64,000 bases of DNA from Longimicrobiales bacterium. GTDB lineage: Bacteria; Gemmatimonadota; Gemmatimonadetes; Longimicrobiales; Gaopeijiaceae. A program made the position numbers and the translations under genes. Below the pieces are notes generated by a model that was not told the DNA's origin, searched no databases, and saw nothing but the letters and a program-made list of their open reading frames with translations. Below, piece after piece: positions 33,157 to 42,679 of the stretch; position 1 is the first letter of the stretch; every line of letters starts with the position of its first letter. Where the stretch lies: positions 2,592,001 through 2,656,000 of the forward strand of contig CBDBCF010000001.1 in the NCBI GenBank assembly GCA_965202985.1, written 5' to 3'.

Positions 33157-34013
33157 GCCCCGTCGCTCCGGCACCGGGCCTCCAGCCAGTCGCCCAGGAA
33201 CGACCACACGTAGTCCGCCACTGTCTGGTGGCCTTCGGCGTTGGGGTGGATTCCGTCGGCTTGGTTCAGGGCCGGCGCCGCCGCCACGCCGTCGAGCAGA
33301 AACGGCACCAGCAGCGCCCCGCTTTCTTCGGCCACGTCCCGAAACACTTGGCGGAACGGGTCCGTGTACACGGGCCCCAAGTTGGGCGGCGCCTCCATGC
33401 CCGCCACCACGATGCCGGCGTCGGGCAGCCGCCGTCGGGTCTCGCTCGCGATCCACTCCAAGTTCTCGCGCAGGGCCTCGTGGCTCCGGGCCCGCAGTCC
33501 GTCGTTGGCGCCCAGCTCCACGAACAGGACCGCCACCGACTCGCAGTGCACGTCGAGCAACTGCGAAAGACGCGCCCGCCCTCCCGCCGAGGTGTCGCCG
33601 CTGACGCCCGCGTTCGCCACCGCGTACCGCCAGCCCTTCTCCGCCATCCGCCGGTCCAGGAGCCCCGGATAGGCCAGCGCCGGATCGTCCAGCCCGTAGC
33701 CCGCCGTCAGGCTCGTTCCCAGGAAGACGATTCGCGGCGGGTCGGCGTTGTCGGCCCGGCGGACTGTACCGCAAGCCGACTCGTTGGCAACTTCATATGT
33801 TTCCGCGACGGGGGCGGATGCCGCCGGGGCGGACGTTTCCGCAACCGGGGCGGACGTTCCGGGGCTCGAGGCGGACGGCGGCGCATCGCCTTGTGGCGGC
33901 CCGTCGCCGCACGCCTGCAAGCCGACCGTTGCCGCCAAGAAGAGGACGGGGGAGAGCCTGGAGACCGAAGCGCGCGCGATGATCGCGGCCCGAGGCGTCT
34001 CGCGGACCTTCAC
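33150..34013 (-). CDS. GDSL/SGNH arylesterase (TesA-like), probable lipoprotein
   Basis: IVFLGTSLTAGYG, NAGVSGDTSAGG, ELGANDGLR, QADGIHPNAEG, lipobox LQAC. Start uncertain; nearest in-frame GTG is 34013. Confidence 0.85.
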   Translation of the reverse strand: MKVRETPRAAIIARASVSRLSPVLFLAATVGLQACGDGPPQGDAPPSASSPGTSAPVAETSAPAASAPVAETYEVANESACGTVRRADNADPPRIVFLGTSLTAGYGLDDPALAYPGLLDRRMAEKGWRYAVANAGVSGDTSAGGRARLSQLLDVHCESVAVLFVELGANDGLRARSHEALRENLEWIASETRRRLPDAGIVVAGMEAPPNLGPVYTDPFRQVFRDVAEESGALLVPFLLDGVAAAPALNQADGIHPNAEGHQTVADYVWSFLGDWLEARCRSDGAC

Positions 34014-34749
34014 CAGCGGGGGCCGCCCGCTCGAGGTGCTGCGAGATGTGGACCTGGAGATCGAGGCGCGGGCCTTCGTGGCGATCGTGGGTCCGTCGGG
34101 GAGCGGAAAGACGACACTGCTGGGCCTCCTTGCGGGACTGGACCGACCCACCGCCGGGCGGGTCGCCTTGGACGGGCGCGATCTCCATGCCCTTTCGGAA
34201 GATGAACGGGCGCGGTTCCGGGTCAACCGCATCGGCTTCGTCTTCCAGACCTTCCACCTGCTGCCCACCTTGACGGCCCTGGAGAACGTGCTGGTGCCGC
34301 TGGAACTGGCGGGCCGTGCGCGTCGCTCCGGGGGCGGGCAGGCTCGCGGCCGTGCGGCCGCGCTGCTGGAGCGCGTGGGACTGGCCGGTCGCGAGAGCCA
34401 CTATCCCGTGCAGCTGTCCGGGGGCGAGCGCCAGCGGGTCGCGTTGGCCCGGGCCTTCGCCAACCGCCCCGCCGTGCTCTTCGCCGACGAGCCCACGGGG
34501 AACCTGGACGCCGAGACCGGCGCCAAGGTCGTGGCCCTCATGGAGGAGCTCAACCGCGAGGCCGGGACGACGCTGGTCCTGGTCACTCACGATCTGGACC
34601 TGGCGGCCCGCGCCGGCCGGGTGATCCGGTTGGAGGCGGGGCGAGTCGCCTTCGACGGACCCCCGGCCACGCTGCCCAAGGCGGGCACGGCAACAGCGCC
34701 GGGGGCCGCGCCGGTCGCGACCGCAACGCGGGCGGCTTCGAGCCCGTGA
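33979..34749 (+). CDS. ABC transporter ATP-binding protein (YbbA/LolD-like)
   Basis: GPSGSGKTT, LSGGERQRVALARA, LFADEPTGNLD, VTHD. Confidence 0.92.
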   Translation: MIAARGVSRTFTSGGRPLEVLRDVDLEIEARAFVAIVGPSGSGKTTLLGLLAGLDRPTAGRVALDGRDLHALSEDERARFRVNRIGFVFQTFHLLPTLTALENVLVPLELAGRARRSGGGQARGRAAALLERVGLAGRESHYPVQLSGGERQRVALARAFANRPAVLFADEPTGNLDAETGAKVVALMEELNREAGTTLVLVTHDLDLAARAGRVIRLEAGRVAFDGPPATLPKAGTATAPGAAPVATATRAASSP

Positions 34750-37304
34750 CCCCCTTCGCCGTCCGCATGGCGATCAGGGAGTGGCGGTTCACCCTGCGCC
34801 GCCTGGGCGTCTACATGACCTCGATCACCGTGGGCGTGGCGGCGTTGGTCGCCCTCCACTCGTTCCGCGACGACGTGGTGCGCTCCATCGAGGCCGAGAA
34901 CCTGAGCCTGCTGGGCGCCGACGCCCGCTTCAGCGCCGGCCGACCCCTGCCGGATTCGGTGCTGTCGATCGTGGATTCGCTGACGGCCCTGGGCGCGACC
35001 GTGGCCCGCTCCACGAACCTGCTCTCCATGGCGCTCGCCGAGGAGAGCGGCCTGACCCGGCTGGTGCAGCTCCGGGGCGTCGACGCCGGCTTCCCCTTCT
35101 ACGGCGACGTGACCACCGATCCGCCCGGCCTGTGGGGCACGCTGGACGCCCCGGCCGGACTTCCCCCGGCTTTGGTGGACCCGACCCTGCTGGCCCAGCT
35201 GGACGCCGAACCGGGCGGCGTTCTCACCCTGGGGACGGCGCAGTTCCGCTTGGCGGGCACGGTGGACGGCCTTCCCACCGATGTCGGCTTCCAGACCGCC
35301 ACGGGCCCCCGCGTCTTCGTGGCTCGCGAACGGCTTGGCGCCACCGGCCTCCTGGCGACGGGCAGCCTGTCCCGCCACTACACGTACGTTCGCCTTCCTC
35401 CCGGCGTGGACCCGGACGAAGTGGAGGACGCCCACGAGGAGACGCTGCGCGCGACCGGCGTTTCCCTTCGCACGCCGAAGGAGCACGCCCGCTCGCTGAC
35501 GCGCTCCGCCGACTTCCTGGAGGACTTCCTGGCCCTGGTGGGCTTGGCGGCGCTGATGCTGGGGGGCGTCGGCGTCGGCAGCGCAGTGTCGGTCTACGTC
35601 CGGGGCAGACTGGGGGCGGTGGCCCTTCTGCGGTGCGTGGGGGCGACCCGCCGACAGGTCTTCTCCACGTACCTGCTCCAAGCGGCGATCATGGGGTTCC
35701 TGGGGTCGGCGCTGGGCGTGGCGGCGGGCCTCGTCGTCCAGCGTTTCCTGCCTCGGCTTATCCGCGAGGTGCTGCCCGTGGACGTGACGCCTTCCGTGTC
35801 GCTGGGGTCGGCCTCGTTCGGCTTGGTTCTGGGCGTCTGGGTGGCCGTCGTCTTCGCGCTGCTGCCCTTGCTGGGCGTGCGCAAGGTGTCGCCCCTGCAG
35901 GCGCTGCGTCACGTGGCCGAGCCGCCCCGCGGGCGGGACCCGGCCAGGTGGGCGGCGGTGGGCGCGACCGGGGCCACGGTGCTGGCCCTGACGCTGCTGG
36001 AGGCGCCGTCGCCGCAGGCGGGGCTGGCGTTCGCCATGGGACTTGGCGTGGTCGCGTGCACGCTGTGGCTGGTGGCGTGGGGGCTGGCCTGGGCGGTCCG
36101 CCGGTTCTTCCCCAAGCGTGCCGGCTACACGCTTCGGCAGGGCGTGGCCAACCTCTTCCGGCCCGGCAACCAGACGGTGGCCGTCACGCTGGCGCTGGGG
36201 TTCGGCGTGCTGGTCGTGGGCATCATCGTGCAGCTGCAGCGCACCTTGGCGCGGGAACTCTCGGTGGACGCGGGGCCGAACGCCTTCAACCTGCTGGTGT
36301 TCGACGTGCAGCCCGACCAGGAGGAGGGCGTGGCGGCGCGGCTGGCCGAGTGGACCGAGGACGAGCCCGAGCCGGTGCCCGTCGTCACCATGCGCCTGGC
36401 CTCGATCAAGGGCGAGACGGTGGGCAGCCTGCTGGCGGACAGCGCCCGCGACGCCCGACCGCCCCGCTGGATGCTGCGGCAGGAGCACCGCGCCACCTAT
36501 CGCGCGGACCTGCGGGAGAACGAGGAAGTGCTGGCGGGCCGCTGGTGGGACGACGGGGACGCGCCGTCCAGGGGCGTTCCGCGCGCGTCTTTCGAGGAGG
36601 ACTTCGCGGAGGACCTGGGCGTGCAGGTGGGCGACACGGTGACCTGGATGGTCGGAGGCGCCGAACAGCCGTCGGTGGTGGCCAGCCTGCGCGCGGTGGA
36701 ATGGGCCGGCTTCGACGCCAACTTCTTGGTCGTGTTCGAACCGGGCGCCGCCGTGGAGGCGCTGCCGCGCACCAGCGTCATGCTGGCCCACGTGCCCCGC
36801 CAGGACGACCGCGCCGCGTTCCAGCGAGCCATGGTGCGCGGCTTTCCCAACGTCTCGGTGCTGGACCTGTTCACTGTACGCTCCACGGTCGAGGCCATCC
36901 TGTCGCGGGTGCTGGCGGCGATCCGCATACTGGCCGGGCTGTGCACCGTGGCCGGGCTGGTGGTGATGGCCGGGTCGATGGCCTCCACCCGCGCCCAGCG
37001 GCGCTTGGAGGGGGCGCTGCTCCGCACGCTGGGCGCCCGCTTCGGCCAAGTCCGCCGCATCCTGCTGGTCGAGTACGCGGCGCTGGGGACGCTGGCGGCC
37101 CTGGCGGGCGGCGTCCTGTCGCTGGGCGCCAGCTGGCTTCTGGCCACTCGTCTCTTCGGCGTGGCCTACCAGCCCGCGGGCGGCGCGGCCGTGCTCCTGT
37201 GGCTAGCTGTGGTGGCGCTGGCGGTGGGGGCGGGGGTCGCCAGCGGTCGAGGCGCGCCGGCAAGGGCGGGTCCGCTCCCCGTGCTGCGCGTCGCCGCCGA
37301 CTGA
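34746..37304 (+). CDS. ABC transporter permease, duplicated FtsX/MacB-type (YbbP-like)
   Basis: LLGAD, FPFYG, two TM clusters with LRCVGA and LRTLGA motifs, FDVQPDQ; GTGA overlap with the ATPase. Confidence 0.9.
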   Translation: MTPFAVRMAIREWRFTLRRLGVYMTSITVGVAALVALHSFRDDVVRSIEAENLSLLGADARFSAGRPLPDSVLSIVDSLTALGATVARSTNLLSMALAEESGLTRLVQLRGVDAGFPFYGDVTTDPPGLWGTLDAPAGLPPALVDPTLLAQLDAEPGGVLTLGTAQFRLAGTVDGLPTDVGFQTATGPRVFVARERLGATGLLATGSLSRHYTYVRLPPGVDPDEVEDAHEETLRATGVSLRTPKEHARSLTRSADFLEDFLALVGLAALMLGGVGVGSAVSVYVRGRLGAVALLRCVGATRRQVFSTYLLQAAIMGFLGSALGVAAGLVVQRFLPRLIREVLPVDVTPSVSLGSASFGLVLGVWVAVVFALLPLLGVRKVSPLQALRHVAEPPRGRDPARWAAVGATGATVLALTLLEAPSPQAGLAFAMGLGVVACTLWLVAWGLAWAVRRFFPKRAGYTLRQGVANLFRPGNQTVAVTLALGFGVLVVGIIVQLQRTLARELSVDAGPNAFNLLVFDVQPDQEEGVAARLAEWTEDEPEPVPVVTMRLASIKGETVGSLLADSARDARPPRWMLRQEHRATYRADLRENEEVLAGRWWDDGDAPSRGVPRASFEEDFAEDLGVQVGDTVTWMVGGAEQPSVVASLRAVEWAGFDANFLVVFEPGAAVEALPRTSVMLAHVPRQDDRAAFQRAMVRGFPNVSVLDLFTVRSTVEAILSRVLAAIRILAGLCTVAGLVVMAGSMASTRAQRRLEGALLRTLGARFGQVRRILLVEYAALGTLAALAGGVLSLGASWLLATRLFGVAYQPAGGAAVLLWLAVVALAVGAGVASGRGAPARAGPLPVLRVAAD

Positions 37305-37336
37305 GCGCCGCCGTCCGGCCCGGCGCGTTCGCCCCC

Positions 37337-37404
37337 AAACGACCGGCGGGGCGCTCCCCCGAAGGAAAACGCCCCGCCTCTCCGTCAACGACCCGAAGGC
37401 CGTT
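37337..37404 (-). terminator. Tandem cUUCGg hairpins downstream of the 37417-37929 gene (terminator or stabilising structure between convergent genes)
   Basis: Minus strand: AACGGCC-UUCG-GGUCGUU, then GGCGGGGCGUUUUCC-UUCG-GGGGAGCGCCCCGCC followed by GGUCGUUU. Confidence 0.65.
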
Positions 37405-37416
37405 CCGGCATCTCCG

Positions 37417-37929
37417 CTACTGCTGGATGCCGGCCACCCCCCACCTCGTCCTGAGTTGGCTCCGGTCGTCCTCGCGGATCAGCGGCGAGTTCGACAGAAG
37501 CTGGGCCCGAGCCAAGAGACCGTGGGCTCGCTGGCCCCGGCCCTCGGTGTCGGCAACCCACGCGGCGTCGGTGAAGGCGTTCGCCGCGACCACTACGTCG
37601 CCCCGGTTGAGGGCGCGCTGTCCCGCGTTCTCGAAGTCGCGCACCGACTGCAGGACGCGCCCCTCGTAGAACGAAAGCCGGGCGGCCCGCAGAAGGTCCT
37701 CGACGGCCACGGGGTCGGCGGGCGAGCGGAGCTCGGCCGCGCGCCGAAGCAGCGACGCGGCGCGGTCCCACCTGCCCAGCTCCTCGAGGTAGCTCTCGGC
37801 CTCGGCTTCGAGCTGCTCGATCTCCTGAACGGGCGCGCGGACGGCGGTCTGCGCCGACAGGCCCGTTGCGCCGGCGGCCGCCACGAGAGCGGTCAGCGCC
37901 AGCCTGGTGAATCCGTTGATCTTCGACAT
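37417..37929 (-). CDS. Secreted alpha-helical (TPR-like) hypothetical protein
   Basis: SD GAGGAAA, signal peptide ending LSA-Q, helical Ala-rich pairs (A..Y...GRWDRAASL). Confidence 0.75.
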   Translation of the reverse strand: MSKINGFTRLALTALVAAAGATGLSAQTAVRAPVQEIEQLEAEAESYLEELGRWDRAASLLRRAAELRSPADPVAVEDLLRAARLSFYEGRVLQSVRDFENAGQRALNRGDVVVAANAFTDAAWVADTEGRGQRAHGLLARAQLLSNSPLIREDDRSQLRTRWGVAGIQQ

Positions 37930-38118
37930 CTATTGGTTTCCTCGTCTTCTTGAGGATGGAAGAACCCGAACGCCCGGTCGTCGGATTTCGCGTCCGGGGA
38001 GGGAGGCTGCGGAGCCGTCGTGGCCCGAGACTGCTTCCCTCACTGCTTGATACGCCGGTTTCGACGAAAGGTTTCAAGGCGCTGGCGGGGGCTTCCGACA
38101 CGCCGGAGCCGCGGCGCT

Positions 38119-38517
38119 TCAGCTCAGCCGCACCTCCAGCAGCGGCTCGTGGCCGCAGCCGTCGCAGGAAACCGGATGAGGTGCGCGGAGACGGGTTCCG
38201 GGGGCCAAGCTCACCGTCTGGCCGCAGCGGGGACACGGGGCCTGGAAGCGCCCCACCGAACAGCGCTCCGTCCAGCGCCGCCGCCCCATGACGACCGCCG
38301 CCGCGAGCCCCGCCGCCGCCCAAGGCGCATGAGGCGGCACCAGCGCGGCCAGCGGCGTGACCAGCAGGAACGCCCCCGCCGCCACGGCCGTCCGTCGCAA
38401 CCTCCACGCCCGGCTCCGAGGGATCACCTCCATCCGCACGCGCACCGGGTCGTATCCGAACAGCCGCAGGTCGCCCGTCGCGCCCACCGCCCGCGCCCCG
38501 CCCGAGTCGCTACCCAA
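38119..38517 (-). CDS. Small membrane protein with C-terminal Zn ribbon
   Basis: Two hydrophobic segments around VPPHAPW, then CPRC...CDGC; overlaps the aminotransferase stop. Confidence 0.65.
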   Translation of the reverse strand: MGSDSGGARAVGATGDLRLFGYDPVRVRMEVIPRSRAWRLRRTAVAAGAFLLVTPLAALVPPHAPWAAAGLAAAVVMGRRRWTERCSVGRFQAPCPRCGQTVSLAPGTRLRAPHPVSCDGCGHEPLLEVRLS

Positions 38518-39724
38518 AGAACGCGCGGAGGCGCTCCCCCGCCTTCTCCAGCGTGGAGGCGCGCTTGCAGAAGGCGAAGCGCACCAGGCCGCGCCCGTCT
38601 TCGGGCCGCGAGTAGAAGCACGAACCCGGCACCGGCGCCACCCCGCACTCCCGCGCCATGTAGCGGCTGAACGTCACGTCGTCCATGGCGCCGACCCGGC
38701 CGGCACCGCCGCCGACCAGCCCCGAGAACCCCGCCAGCACGTAGTACGCGCCCTCCGGCTTGGCGCAGTCGAACCCCACCTCCGCCAAGCTCTCGAAGAG
38801 GATGTCCCGCCGACGGGCGTAGCTCCTGGCCATCTCCGCGTAGTAGTCGGGTCCCAGGGCGTCCAGCCCGGCGGCGCACGCCTCTTGAAGGGGGGCCGGC
38901 GCGCCTACGGTCAGGAAGTCGTGCACCTTGCGGATCGCCGAAGTCAGGACGGGCGGCGCCACGACGGTCCCCACCCGCCAGCCCGTCACGCCGAAGGTCT
39001 TGGACAGCCCTGAGACCACGACCGTGCGCTCGCGCATTCCGGGCAGCGCCGCCAAGCACAGGTGTTCGCCGTCGTAGACGATGTGCTCGTAGATCTCGTC
39101 GGTCACGGCCAGGACGCCCCGCTCGACGCACACGTCGGCCACGGCCTGCATCTCCTCCCGGTCGAACACGCGGCCCGACGGGTTGTTGGGCGTGTTGATC
39201 ACGACGGCGCGCGTCCGGTCCGTCACGACGGCGCGCAGCCGGTCGGCGTCCAGCCGGTACTCCGGCGGCGTCAGGGGAAGGAAGGCGGGCACGGCCCCGC
39301 ACAGCACCGCGTCGGGACCGTAGTTCTCGTAGAACGGCTCCAGCACCACGACCTCTTCGCCCGGGTCCACCAGCGCCAGCATGACGGCGGCCATCGCCTC
39401 GGTGGCGCCGCACGTCACGGTGATCTCGCGATCCGGGTCCACGGTCAGCCGGTACCACTCCCCGTACTTTCGCGCCAGCGCCGCCCGCAGCGAAGGCGTG
39501 CCCCAAGTGACGGCGTACTGGTTCACGTCGTCCTGGATCGCCCGGCACGCGGCGTCCTTCACCACTTGGGGCGCGGGGAAGTCCGGAAAGCCCTGGGCCA
39601 GGTTGACGGCGCCGTGCTCCCGCGCCACCCGGGTCATGTCGCGGATCAGGGACTCGGTGAACGAATGCGTGCGCCGGGCCGTGCGGCCAAGGGCGGACCG
39701 AACCGCGGACGGACTTTGCGTCAT
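38510..39724 (-). CDS. PLP-dependent class I/II aminotransferase
   Basis: FTESLIRDM, VNLAQGFPDF, NTPNNPSG, DEIYEH, SGLSKTFGVTGWRVG, RFAFCK. Confidence 0.93.
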   Translation of the reverse strand: MTQSPSAVRSALGRTARRTHSFTESLIRDMTRVAREHGAVNLAQGFPDFPAPQVVKDAACRAIQDDVNQYAVTWGTPSLRAALARKYGEWYRLTVDPDREITVTCGATEAMAAVMLALVDPGEEVVVLEPFYENYGPDAVLCGAVPAFLPLTPPEYRLDADRLRAVVTDRTRAVVINTPNNPSGRVFDREEMQAVADVCVERGVLAVTDEIYEHIVYDGEHLCLAALPGMRERTVVVSGLSKTFGVTGWRVGTVVAPPVLTSAIRKVHDFLTVGAPAPLQEACAAGLDALGPDYYAEMARSYARRRDILFESLAEVGFDCAKPEGAYYVLAGFSGLVGGGAGRVGAMDDVTFSRYMARECGVAPVPGSCFYSRPEDGRGLVRFAFCKRASTLEKAGERLRAFFG

Positions 39725-39880
39725 GAGCGGAGGGGGGTCGAATGGGGACGAGCCGGGGCGCGGCGCGGGAAATTGGCGCACTCCGAACCGGTCGCGCTTG
39801 ACAAACGGACGCCAGGGTAACCCTATTGCCCTCCCGACTCCCCGCCAAGTCCCCGACGCGGACCAACACAGGAGGCCGCC

Positions 39881-41428
39881 ATTTCGAGTTCGCAATCAGA
39901 CTACCGCGACGCGCTGGATCGCCTGATCGGCTGTGCGGTCCTGTTTCACGGCGCCGAGACCTTGGCGGACTTGGAGGAGCTGGATTTCGGCGTGCTGCTG
40001 ACCGACGCCGGCCTGCGAGAGGTCGCCGGCCGCGTCTACCTGGAGGGCGCGGCCGAAGCGCTGGCGCGGAAGTTCTCCGTGGGCCGCGAGTTCGGAGAGG
40101 CGCTGCACGACCTGGACGACCGTCGCCGTCGGATCGCCTTGGGCCGCACCTACGCGCAGGACCCCATCAAGCTGGCCGCCCTGGGCGACGAGTTCGGCGT
40201 CAGCCGCGAGCGGGCCCGCCAGCTGGAGGCCAGCATGCGCCACGCGGTCGAATCGCGCGTGGGGGCGCGGATCCGCGAGGCCGCGCACTGGCTTCGGCGC
40301 ACCGTGGGGCCGGCCGTGCCGGAGGACGAGTTCCGCACGGCGCTGGGCGGGCTGGTGGACGACGCGCCGGCCGCCGAGTACCGGACCGCCGCCGAGGTGG
40401 CCGTCATGCAAGAGTGCGGGTACGAGGCGGAGGACGGCGTGGTGGGCGACCGGGCGTTCCGCGCGCTGGCCAGCCGGGTCCGGTCTCTCGTGCAGCGGCT
40501 CTCGGACGTTGCCGGAGTGGTGGACGAGGAGGCGCTTCGCAACGCCGTCGGAAGCCACGACGAGGACGTTCCCTGGGCGCTGGCCGTCCACAGCGCGGGG
40601 CTGGTGCGCGTCGGAAGGCACTTGGTCTTGCGCGACACGCGGCGGGTCCGCGTCTACTTGGCCCTGGTCGAGCTGGGCAGGCCGGCGCACCGGGCGGAGC
40701 TGTCGAAGGTGACGGGCCTGCCGAACAACACCACCCTGTCCAGCCTGCTATCGTCGGACCGCTTGTTCGTGCGCGCCACCAAGGACAAGTGGGGCCTGCG
40801 CGGCTGGACCCAGGAGCCCTACGAGGGCGTGGTCGCCGAGATCGTGAAGCGGATCGAGCGAGGCGGCGGAGAGGTCGCCGTGGAGGAGCTGGTGGAGGAG
40901 CTGCCGGCGAAGTTCGACGTGCTGCCCGCTACCGTCCGCAACTACCTGGCAACGCGGAAGTTCACCACCCGCCGGGGCAAGGTGCGCGTCGTCCAGGCGC
41001 CCGAGGCCCGCGTCCAGGACCTGTCCGACGCTCGCGACGTGATGTGGACCGCCGACGGAACCCCCGTCCTCCATTTCGTGGTCGGCGAGCACCACATGAA
41101 GGGCAACAGCCAGAAGGTGTCCGTCGCCGTCGCCCAGCACCTGGGCATAGGCCCGGACGACTCGATCCAGATCCCGTTCCTGGACCCCCCCGACGTGCAC
41201 CCCGCCTCCTTGATCTGGCGCTCCTACGACCCCAACGGCCCCGAGATGGGCCGCCTCCGCGAAGCCCTGAACGCCATCGGGGCCGGCTCCGGCACGGACG
41301 TCTACGTACTCCTGGAGCCGAACGGCCTGCGGATGCGGACGGACGGGCGGGGGCTGACGAAGCCCGCCCGGTCGGGAGCGCGGCGCAGGGGAGGGCGGCG
41401 GAAGAGGGCTGACGGCGGGGGGCGCTAA
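39881..41428 (+). CDS. Sigma70 region-4 HTH / winged-helix DNA-binding protein of unknown function
   Basis: LAALGDEFGVSRERARQLE (sigma70 r4.2 signature) and FVRATKDKWGLRGW (HARE-HTH-like wing). Frame is open upstream of TTG 39962 to ATT 39881, which lies 5 nt after AGGAGG. Confidence 0.75.
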   Translation: MSSSQSDYRDALDRLIGCAVLFHGAETLADLEELDFGVLLTDAGLREVAGRVYLEGAAEALARKFSVGREFGEALHDLDDRRRRIALGRTYAQDPIKLAALGDEFGVSRERARQLEASMRHAVESRVGARIREAAHWLRRTVGPAVPEDEFRTALGGLVDDAPAAEYRTAAEVAVMQECGYEAEDGVVGDRAFRALASRVRSLVQRLSDVAGVVDEEALRNAVGSHDEDVPWALAVHSAGLVRVGRHLVLRDTRRVRVYLALVELGRPAHRAELSKVTGLPNNTTLSSLLSSDRLFVRATKDKWGLRGWTQEPYEGVVAEIVKRIERGGGEVAVEELVEELPAKFDVLPATVRNYLATRKFTTRRGKVRVVQAPEARVQDLSDARDVMWTADGTPVLHFVVGEHHMKGNSQKVSVAVAQHLGIGPDDSIQIPFLDPPDVHPASLIWRSYDPNGPEMGRLREALNAIGAGSGTDVYVLLEPNGLRMRTDGRGLTKPARSGARRRGGRRKRADGGGR

Positions 41429-42366
41429 TGCCGTTCAGCTGGGCGTGGCGGGTGGCGAAACACTTGTTGCCTGTGCCACTCGACGAACTCCGGCGACGGG
41501 GCGAGCGCCTTCGTCATGGGAGGCCGGACAGGCTCCTCGTGCAGCGCCCGCATTTGACCGGCCGCTTGACCGCGTCCGCTGACCTGGGCCGAGACGACTA
41601 CGCGATAGCCTGATCCCTGCGGCGCCAAGCCCAGCGCGCCTCGGTCGAGCGCCTTGTGGTGAAGCACGCACAGGGCAAGCCCGTTCGAGACGTCGTCCGG
41701 CCCTTCATGCGAATGCCATCGGATATGGGCGGCCTCCAGGCCGAAGGTCTCGTCTTTCAACCGCACGTCGAAGTTGCAGATCGCGCAGCGCCTCTCGTAT
41801 TCGCGCAGCACCTCGTCTCTGAACGTGGAGTCTCTGGGTTCGCGGACTGCCTGGGGCTCGCGGGACCACGGGACGGGCGTCGTGTCCCCAAAGCTCCACT
41901 CGCGCCGAATCCCTACGGCGCTCCGAATGTCGTCGTGCAGCGAGCGGGGAAAGTGTTCGGTCAGAAGGCCTCGCGCTGCGCCGGCAACCAAGTTCGGGTC
42001 GGACGCCAACAGATCGAACGCCGGCTCGGGAAAGCCTCCTTGGACGCCGCTCTCTCTCATTTCCTTGGCGCTCAAGTCGCCGCTGGACGTGACGGACAAC
42101 GCGGATTCTCCCGGAATCTCCCACAGCCCGTCGTTGCGCAACCTGCCAAACGGAAATTCCGGGCGCGGCTTCTTGGGTTGGCCGAAGGAACCCAGCAAGG
42201 ACTTCAAATGCCGTTCCGCTTCCCGAAAAGAGACGAGTCGAGGCTTGCCCCGGGCGATCCGCCCAAGAGCAAACAGGAGCAAGAGCGGCTTGTGGGGCGC
42301 GCGGATGTCTCCCGACCGCCCCGTGTTGACGGCGCGAAGAAGCCGCAAGAAGTCGTCTCGGGTCAA
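41425..42366 (-). CDS. Phosphorothioate-dependent-type restriction endonuclease (sulfur-binding domain + HNH)
   Basis: N-terminal RAPHKPLLLL...PEFPFGRLRNDGLWE (SBD-like); C-terminal FRDEVLREY..RCAIC...LEAAHIRW...GPDDVSNGLALCVLHHKALDRG (HNH). Confidence 0.82.
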   Translation of the reverse strand: MTRDDFLRLLRAVNTGRSGDIRAPHKPLLLLFALGRIARGKPRLVSFREAERHLKSLLGSFGQPKKPRPEFPFGRLRNDGLWEIPGESALSVTSSGDLSAKEMRESGVQGGFPEPAFDLLASDPNLVAGAARGLLTEHFPRSLHDDIRSAVGIRREWSFGDTTPVPWSREPQAVREPRDSTFRDEVLREYERRCAICNFDVRLKDETFGLEAAHIRWHSHEGPDDVSNGLALCVLHHKALDRGALGLAPQGSGYRVVVSAQVSGRGQAAGQMRALHEEPVRPPMTKALAPSPEFVEWHRQQVFRHPPRPAERH

Positions 42367-42679
42367 TGGAGGCTTGGTTGGGTTCGGCGCTCAGGGATCT
42401 AACCGTCTTAAGGTCTCTGTAGGTACAATATAGCGAAGCAAGCGACAAGCTCTGCCACCTCGGCCCGTGGTCCTCGATCGCTCCTGGATCCGCCCAGAAA
42501 CCCATACGGACACTTGCCATGTGTCCAACTGGCCGAGACTCCTGGACAGCCCGGCCGCTTCCTTGCATCGTGCTGGCTCGCACAACCCACGCCGATGGTC
42601 GAGTGCAAGCGAACCGGGACCACCCCAGCCCCGCAGGCGAAACGCGCCGCCTCGAGGCGCCAACCCACGGGAGGAAAGC

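Noticed and set aside
39798..39826. TTGACA plus AGGGTAACCCT palindrome as promoter/operator of the sigma4 gene
   Set aside because: Perfect -35 but no acceptable -10 at 16-18 nt spacing; too weak to call.
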